A DNA stretch of 64,000 bases, from assembly GCA_900088475.1 (NCBI GenBank), contig FLMG01001160.1:62001-126000 (forward strand), written 5' to 3'. The stretch's first letter is position 1, and the number at the start of each line of letters is the position of its first letter. The translations under genes were made by a program, and so were the position numbers. This stretch comes from Hyphochytrium catenoides (Eukaryota > Protista > Hyphochytriomycota). Of the stretch, positions 56,421 to 64,000 are shown in pieces. The notes beneath the pieces were generated by a model. The model did not search any database and was not told where the DNA came from. It worked only from the letters and a program-made list of their open reading frames with translations.

Positions 56421-59400
56421 CAAAGGTGGGGGATGTAAGAAGTGCAGTTGGTGATGCTGTTGCTCTGGCTCCTTCATCTGATCGAGCCCACAATCGCCAA
56501 GGGAGACAGCTTACCCGCGAGACAGAGTGGGATACAGAGCAACCGAGAGGCATGGATTGAGACACTCAATTCCTGGTATAAAGCATCGCTTAGGGAGCCA
56601 AACGTGCAAGACAGAGAGAGACAAGAAAGGCAAGAGAATTAGGAGTGGACTAATGCGGGCTGCATTATTCCCTTTCCTCGCGGCCATAAAATGCCAAAGC
56701 ATGAGGCTTTACAGGTCTTATTACTGCATTGTGAATATGATAAAAGCCTTCCTAGGAAAGATGAATGATAACTACACATCACTGATTGAAGGGAGTAGTA
56801 ATGTCATAACACTAGGATCTAAACTCTCATCTGGTCATACTACTTCCACACAAAACATTGATCAGAACCCAAATACACACACTGCTTGCGCTGTAAACAT
56901 GACCAACAGCGGACTACAAACTTCATTGCTCTTCTGGAAGAGAAGCCTGATGGTGATGGACATTGTTCTTGGTGGTTCACCTCCTCCTTCTTCTCCTTCT
57001 CCCCTTATTATTGCTGCTGAGGAAGTCAACTCCTGATTCTTCGTTTACTGATGATGAGCGTGGGAGCAGATTGAGCTGAAGCCGAGATTACGGCGGTATC
57101 TTCTTTAAAAAAATTCTTGTTTCTTCTTCCTCTTCTTCTTCTGCCTTTCTTATTCCTTTCATCGTCTCCTTCTTCTTCTCTCTCCTTTTTCTTCTCTTCC
57201 CCTCTTCTTTATAGTAGTAGCAGTAATGAGTTCTATAAAGTAGTAGTGATCATGGAATTAAAAAAAGACGATAAATCTCTACCAAGAACAATAATTTTTG
57301 TTCGATGAGACTAATATTTTTTATTATAATAGAGTAGACAGTGGCAGCTCATCATTCTCTACCATGAGCAGCAGCTCATCATTTTCTTCCATTATAAAAG
57401 AGTATCAGCATCTTTCTTTGTTACCTGTTTTGGTCCCCTGCGCATGCGTCCTGCTCCTGCCACCACCTTTTATCATCATCAAGTGGCCTCCTTCTTGCAT
57501 TTGGTTGCTCGTCAGCCGTCAGCCGCCTCCTCCTCCGTCGTTTTCACTCGTTGATGAAGCACGACGTATTATTCTCATTCTTGACCCATAGTTTCATGGC
57601 GGTCGTGTTCGGTACAGAAGAGGATATCACGGATAAGGGAGAGGAGGAGATGGTCCGCCAGTATAGCGTTGTCGTATCATCTGGCTGCTGGTTGATTGCC
57701 GAGTATTGTCCCCTGGCCTATTATCACGTCATTTGCTATTCCTGTCCTTTCCGTGTGGTTGAAGTGGAAAGAAGCTCTTCTTCTGGCATTATTAAACATT
57801 AAGATTCCAGCCAGCAACAAGTGGATAGTAATGCCTCTCGCGAGGAAAAGGAAATAGCGTAGCAAGAAGGTCACTAAAGTATCGGGCATAGCCCGGGCTA
57901 GTTCTTCTTCCGATAATGACGATTGCTGGAAAAAATCCTGTGGGATGGAGGGGGCTAGAGATTTATGATGCGACAGTGGATATAATGTACCTACTTAGCG
58001 ACGAGGAAGGACTATTAGCACTTTCTCAGATATTTTCAGTAACTTGTCATTGCTACGTCGTCCTGTGATTCTCGATAGTCAATATGGTGCGATTATTTCA
58101 ATAGCTCCGCCGGCCATACCAGTTCCTGGGTGAACTGCGGCTAGTTCGCTTGCAATAATGATGAACATTAGGAGAAAGGAATGCCGTTCTGTCCAATAAT
58201 AAGCAGCAAGGAAGTGTAGTAGTAGTCGCGCACTGATGCAGTGACGTTTAGCCCCCTCACTCCTTATGGCAGTTAGAGTTTATTCGTTAGTTGCTGAAGT
58301 CACCCTTTCTGGGTATCCCTGAACGAACAGTTGTAGGTGGATGTCCCACGTCTGCCATACAGCACAGGAGGGCGGGGATGCTTCTGCGTCGCCTCCCCCA
58401 CTAATAATAATCCTACGCCAAAGTACTCCAAGAATTTTTGCCGCCTCTTTACATCCTTCACGCAACTTTCATCATACTATATATAGACTTCAGTGATGAT
58501 GGTAAGTTGTGTGCACCTAGCAGGTTCTTGGAGGCTTTTGGGGGGGAGTTGGCTCTTTCTGCAACATATCTCCCATGGCAGTATTCCCGGCTGCTGGTGT
58601 CTTCAAGGCATCTGGAGGATCTTATTATTGATTATTAACTTTATAGTTATTGCCCATTTGTTGTCGGACAACAAGAAGTAATGGTAGAAAGATGCTTTCT
58701 TCAACCTTTCTTGCTTTAATGTTTTTTGTTGTTATCATATAATAGTGGCCCCTACGTTTGGAGGGCTTCTTTCTAAAGATGCTTCCACCACCAGTAAGTG
58801 ACAGACAAAAGAAAGAGATGAGTACATCATACATAGTGCCTTCTGATTGTCTGGGCTAAGTCAGTTTTAAAGTAATAATATTTCGTCTATTTGGGGGTAG
58901 ATAGTAGCTGGACAAATGCACGAACCGCAGCCCCTTTCAAACAATAGCGAAATGCAAATAGAAGTCCTCCACTACTCTTCTAGGCCAACAATAGAACTAC
59001 ATGATACGCTGTTTCATTTTGCTTGGGGAAAAACAGAGGAGGGCAGTACATCATCATCAGGGCGATGATGGAGGCATGATGCGAGCCACCACTACTTCAG
59101 TGAAGAGCAAAATGTAGTTCTACTGGCTATCCACGTCATGGGCGGGCGGTGGTGATCAAGAATTTTATGGCCGCTTTTGCTGTAATAAGGATGCCCAACT
59201 GCGGGACACTTGTTGGCTGGACAAGGAGAAAGAGTGGGTTAGAGACGAAGAAATTTCGTGGCGGCAAGACTCAGGTTGACAGACCAAGGTGTGCTTCTGA
59301 GAAGTAGTTCCCCTTTCTTAGTGTCAATTCGATGGAAGTGGACCCATAGAGTAACTTTTGCCGAAGCTGTCACGGCAACAGATCGCTATAAAATGTCATC

Positions 59401-61548
59401 ATCATCATCCTCATTAGATTAGGTCACCTCCTCCTGAGCATCTTACGTGATAGGTACGTACAAGTGCAATTCTTGCTGTGAGAGCTGCAGCTCGAGGTGC
59501 ATCAACCAGTTGATTCAGATTGGGCGTTCCCATCAGAACTACAGGGGTAAGTAGTTCATGGTCTCGCTGCGATGATGAAGTGGAAGGTGTGACACAAAGG
59601 TGACTTTTATCTGGAGGAAGAAAGGCATCTCGCAGCTAATAAGTGCAGCTGTTGTAGTTCTACCTGCAGCCTCACACCTTTCATTCCCGTGGATCTTTTT
59701 TTCTGTTCCTATCTCCCATTCCCTGCAAAATTGTCGTCATGGTCTTGTCTCGTTTCTCATTGACATCAATGATCGACAGAACTCAAAGATGCAAGGAGAC
59801 TAATCTGGCTCTTCAGCAAAGGACATGTGGATGGATGGTGGGCAGTCCAACATAAGCCAAAACGTGGCAGATACCGTGGTTCAGAAGCGCTGAGTAATGC
59901 GTAGTAATTTGGACAGAGACGAAGCTTTCGAAAATAGTAGACACTGTGGGGGTGTTCTTTGACCAAGAATTAGCAATAAAATCAACCGTCATAGTAATAG
60001 TAATAGCCATATTAAGATATCTTTCCGAATCTTTCAAACTTTGCTGTTAAGGGTTAGGGAGCCTTGTTAGCTAAGAGCAGGTGTAGAAAATAACCGTATA
60101 TTTTCCTGGTAGGCCGTCAGGGTGGTGATGTCTCTCTGGTAGTTCTATCTTAAAGGAGGGAGCTTTACTCTGTGGAAAGAAAGGTGTAGAATTAATGTAG
60201 GAAGCAGCACTCTCTGAGGGTACTTCTTTCTTCTGCTATTCATCAGAGTGGAAGTAGAGCGGAAGCAGGATGGCTCTCTTTTTTTTCAACTTTATGTAAA
60301 AAGGTTCCATGAATTTCCCGCATAGCTTGGGATCCGAAAATGCTATTCCTTATTGCTGCGGGCTTCATCCATTCGCAAAATAGCGGGTAGGTTGAGTACG
60401 ACATCATACTAGATTGGGCTCTGTTGCACGGAAATAAAGAAGATTATTTTCTCACCAATAGCTTCTTTTATTTTTGGAGCGGGAAAAAACACGTTACCTT
60501 TAGTTCTTTGGACACAAGCCATACTTTTCTTCACTTTACAGTTACCTAGTCCTTTTTTGGTCCTGCCTTACCGGCGCTTGTAAATCAGAGCTGTTTAAGT
60601 GTACAACTACAACGAACTTTTTTCAGACCCACCCACTCTTTCCCATGAAAAAGGGCCAATGATTTGGACTTTTAGCCCGCTGAAATTCGAGGGAGTCCAA
60701 GTAGCTGTCCAAGTAGTTCCTCCATAATTGATTCAAGCCCACCCGTCCTCTCTGATCCTCACACTTATATCCCGCCCTTGACCCTTCTGACTAGGCTAAC
60801 TTGTTCACTTCCACTTGTGGGTTAGCAAGGCGGGTGGGATCGTAACCATATCATCCCTTTTATTAGCTATTTGGCCCTGGAAGATGGGTGGTCGCTTTGG
60901 TCAAGAATTATTTCAGCGATGAGCTGTGTGGCACTTTTTCTCCCTCATCCGTCCGTCCCCTCTTAATCACAGTCCCAAGTACAGAAATCCTGCAATGATG
61001 CCCAAGATATTCATTACACACAATTTAGGTCACAGCCCAGGCGAACGTTTGAAGGAAATGAGCGGATCCTTTACCTCATCGCCTTGCAAGGCTGGGGGAG
61101 CTGAGGGGTCAAGAAAGTGGGTGGGAAAAGGGGAAACGCAGGCAGGGACGGGGAGGCCAGTGTCGACTAGACAGAGTGGGGGGAGGTGGGAAGCAGCACC
61201 GTTAGTTTACGGGACTGTGAGATACAGAGGATCGGATATAGATAAGATACTGCTGTCAGATCAGAACGGCCTGTGTACATACAGAGAGAGAAGGGAGAGG
61301 AGGGGAAAGGGTGAAAGATGTACAGTACAGTCTCAGAGGGCGGAGAAGGATTAGGCTGGAGTACTTTCTCAGTTCTGGTTCTTGGCCTTCTTCGGAGGCC
61401 ATTTTAGGAGCGGGGCAAAAATGTGAAGCGGCGTAGGATTGAGGAGGGGATCTTTGTCAGAAGGGTAGGTACGGGCCCGCTCGATGAGAGGACAACAGGC
61501 AGCAGAACCTTATGGCGAAAGAGCGGGTAGGAAGCCATCTCACCAGTC

Positions 61549-61549
<1 letters not shown>

Positions 61550-61585
<36 letters not shown>

Positions 61586-61975
61586 CCCTCCTCTCTCTCT
61601 CTCTCTCTTTCTCTCTCTTTCTTTCTTTCTCTTCTCCTCTCTCTATAGCTCTCTTTCTCTCTCTTCCTCTTCCTCTCCATGTCTCTGTCGTTGGCTTGCC
61701 TCTTCCCCAGATATGCCTTCACTGTCAAAGGTTCTAACGCTTTTTGCTCTCTCTGTCTCTCCCTCTCTCCTCCTCTCTTTCTCTCACTCCCTCTCTCTCT
61801 GCTCTCTCTTTCTCTCTCTCTCACATTGCTCTTGGTCATCACGAAAGGGAGAGGAGAGAACAGTCTCTGGGTAGGTGACAGGAGAGCCGACACCTCATCA
61901 AACATGTGGCCTTCTTCCTGTTCCTCTCTCTCTCTCTTCTACTCTCTTTCTCCTCTTTCTCCCTCTCTCTTCTCA
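61550..61975 (+). repeat. Imperfect (CT)n polypyrimidine tract upstream of the H+-ATPase
   Basis: Directly visible CT runs, followed by a probable 5'-UTR intron ending at CCCTTCGTAG (~62139). Confidence 0.9.
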
Positions 61976-62171
61976 GGCTAGCCGCAGAGTCTCTCTTCGG
62001 CTGCTCGCCGCTCATTCTTCATTTTCGGCAGCCGGTGCTTCGCCGCCAACCACTGGTCAATCTCAGAGATCACAGTCTCGCCTGGTCTCTTCTCTCGATA
62101 CAAGGGAAGACAAGTTTTGTCTTGCTTCTCCCTTCGTAGGCAGACGAAACTCTAAAGAAAGGACCAAAGCT

Positions 62172-64000
62172 ATGGCTGCTGGGGGCGCCGAGACTTCCCA
62201 GAACTATCAGTCGATGAAGACTCCTGATGAATATACCAATGCTGCTGGGCAGGTGGAATGGGGAAATGTTCCCCTTGAGGCAGCTCTTGAGAGGCTGCGC
62301 GCATCTAGAGAAGGTCTTTCAAGCGGCGAGGCCGACAAAAGATTTGCAGAGTTCGGACCCAACAAGCTTCCTGAGGAAAAGGTCAACCCGCTGATGGTCT
62401 TCCTTGGATTTATGTGGAACCCCCTCTCCTGGGCTATGGAAGTAGCTGCGATTCTCGCCATCATCCTTCTTGACTACCCAGACTTCATCCTGATCTTCTG
62501 TCTACTTCTGCTTAATGCGTGCATCGGGTTCTTTGAGGAGATGCAGGCTGGCAATGCAGTTGCGGCTTTGATGGACCAGCTGGCGCCTGAAAGCAAGGTT
62601 CTCCGCGACGGAGCTTGGACCAACCTTCCCGCTGACCGCCTGGTGCCAGGAGACGTCATCCGTATTCGTCTCGGAGATGTCGTCCCTGCTGATCTTAAGC
62701 TCCTCGAGGGTGATCATGTTAAGATTGATCAGTCTTCTCTTACCGGCGAATCTCTTCCTGTCACCAAGACCACGGGCGATGAGGCGTACTCTGGTTCCGT
62801 TGTAAAGCAGGGTGAAATCGAGGCCGTCGTAACAGAGACCGGTGTGAACACTTTCCTTGGCAGAGCTGCCTCGTTGATGAACGATGCGGAGACTCACGGC
62901 AGATTGCAGCAGGTTCTGACTACGGTCGGTAACTTCTGTCTCATCTCTATCGTGCTTTGGTGCATCATTGAGATCGTCGTACAGTTTGCAGTCCGCAAGG
63001 ACCAGAACTCATGCCGCCTTGTTGAGAATGGCTGCGAGGCTCTGCAGAACATCCTGGTTCCCATTGTCGGTGGTATCCCTGTTGCTATGCCCACGGTTCT
63101 TTCCGTCACTATGGCTATTGGTTCTACAAAGCTTGCCAAGCAGAGTGCCATTGTCACTCGCCTGACCGCCATTGAGGAAATGGCTAGCATGGAAATTCTC
63201 TGCTCTGACAAGACTGGAACTCTGACCCTGAACCAACTCACTGTGGACCAGGACAACTTGATTCCTTACAACGGATTTTCCACCTCCCAAATTCTGTATG
63301 ATGGTGCTCTAGCTGCACGTACGGAGAACAACGAGCCTATTGATGTGTGCATCCACGAGACTTGCCCTGAGAAAGATGAGCTGTGGAAGAAGCACACTCT
63401 GCTGCACTACACACCGTTCGATCCTACTACCAAGCGCACCATCGCCAAGATCAAGAACAACGAGACTGGCGTCGTCTTTAGGACTTCCAAGGGTGCTCCT
63501 CAGGTCATTCTTAACATGGACGTTAACGCTGACAAGCTGCGAGCAGACGTAGAAGACAAGATTGACGAGTTTGCTAGCCGTGGATACCGTGCGCTTGGTG
63601 TGGGCCGTGATGACTCTGGAGATGTCCCTCTTGAGGAGTGCAAGTGGAAGATGGTCGGTCTGCTCCCTCTCTTTGACCCTCCTCGCCATGACACCGCTGA
63701 CACCATCAAGAGAGCTATTGATCTTGGAGTTATGGTGAAGATGGTTACGGGCGACCAGAAGGCCATTGCAGTTGAGACATGCCGCCAGCTTGGTATGCCA
63801 ACCAACATCCTGGACACTTCCTTCTTCAATCAGGCGCCTCCTCCTGGAATTAGTCTGCCTGACCTTATCTACAACACCGATGGCTTTGCTCAAGTGTTCC
63901 CTGAGCACAAGTTTGAGATTGTGAAGCAGCTGCAGCTCCGTGGCCATGTGGTCGGTATGACTGGTGATGGTGTCAACGATGCACCAGCTCTCTCTCAGGC
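62172..64000 (+). CDS. PMA: Plasma-membrane P-type (P3A) H+-ATPase, 3' end beyond the window
   Basis: Open frame from ATG 62172 to the window end: FGPNKLPEEK...FLGFMWNPLSWAME, DQSSLTGESLP, GGIPVAMPTVLSVT, CSDKTGTLT (phospho-Asp), KGAPQV, FDPPRHDT, MTGDGVNDAPAL. Absent from the ORF track because there is no stop. Confidence 0.96.
   Translation, partial: MAAGGAETSQNYQSMKTPDEYTNAAGQVEWGNVPLEAALERLRASREGLSSGEADKRFAEFGPNKLPEEKVNPLMVFLGFMWNPLSWAMEVAAILAIILLDYPDFILIFCLLLLNACIGFFEEMQAGNAVAALMDQLAPESKVLRDGAWTNLPADRLVPGDVIRIRLGDVVPADLKLLEGDHVKIDQSSLTGESLPVTKTTGDEAYSGSVVKQGEIEAVVTETGVNTFLGRAASLMNDAETHGRLQQVLTTVGNFCLISIVLWCIIEIVVQFAVRKDQNSCRLVENGCEALQNILVPIVGGIPVAMPTVLSVTMAIGSTKLAKQSAIVTRLTAIEEMASMEILCSDKTGTLTLNQLTVDQDNLIPYNGFSTSQILYDGALAARTENNEPIDVCIHETCPEKDELWKKHTLLHYTPFDPTTKRTIAKIKNNETGVVFRTSKGAPQVILNMDVNADKLRADVEDKIDEFASRGYRALGVGRDDSGDVPLEECKWKMVGLLPLFDPPRHDTADTIKRAIDLGVMVKMVTGDQKAIAVETCRQLGMPTNILDTSFFNQAPPPGISLPDLIYNTDGFAQVFPEHKFEIVKQLQLRGHVVGMTGDGVNDAPALSQ

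Noticed and set aside
56005-56565. S/L-rich and R/E-rich ORFs here and at 32881-33566 and 61512-61981
   Set aside because: Translations of CT/GA microsatellites, not proteins.
62207-63947. Long minus-strand ORFs (up to 212 aa)
   Set aside because: Antisense shadows of the codon-biased H+-ATPase on the plus strand.

Overview
Eukaryotic, intron-rich genomic DNA (standard code, GT-AG introns mostly 50-290 nt, CTAAC/CTGAC branch points, four N-gaps). The gene set (GPCR-PIPK, IGPS-PRAI fusion with no obvious targeting peptide, P3A H+-ATPase) suggests a stramenopile or oomycete relative; this is inference only. 0-24 kb is a compact block of alternating genes: ABCB half-transporter, RPS29, trpC-trpF fusion, XPF/ERCC4, AMMECR1, stand-alone tryptophan synthase alpha and a bacterial-type IleRS. 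24.6-32.7 kb holds a deleted hAT transposon and decayed sequence. 33.9-55.7 kb holds a C2H2 transcription factor, an RGS-RGS-DENN protein, a PPR protein, TMEM18, an orphan membrane protein, a TBC Rab-GAP and a GPCR-PIP kinase. A gene-poor stretch follows, then a plasma-membrane H+-ATPase running off the end. Best leads: (1) an ABC transporter with an N-terminal voltage-sensor-like S1-S4 module plus an EF-hand-like motif; (2) a GPCR-PIPK with a spliced 253-aa N-terminal extension (Gly/Tyr/Ala-rich, prion-like) and an extra hydrophobic helix; (3) a tandem RGS-DENN fusion within 20 kb of a Rab-GAP and the GPCR-PIPK; (4) two Trp-pathway genes 7.3 kb apart, one an unfused alpha subunit. All gene models were spliced by eye and need transcript confirmation.
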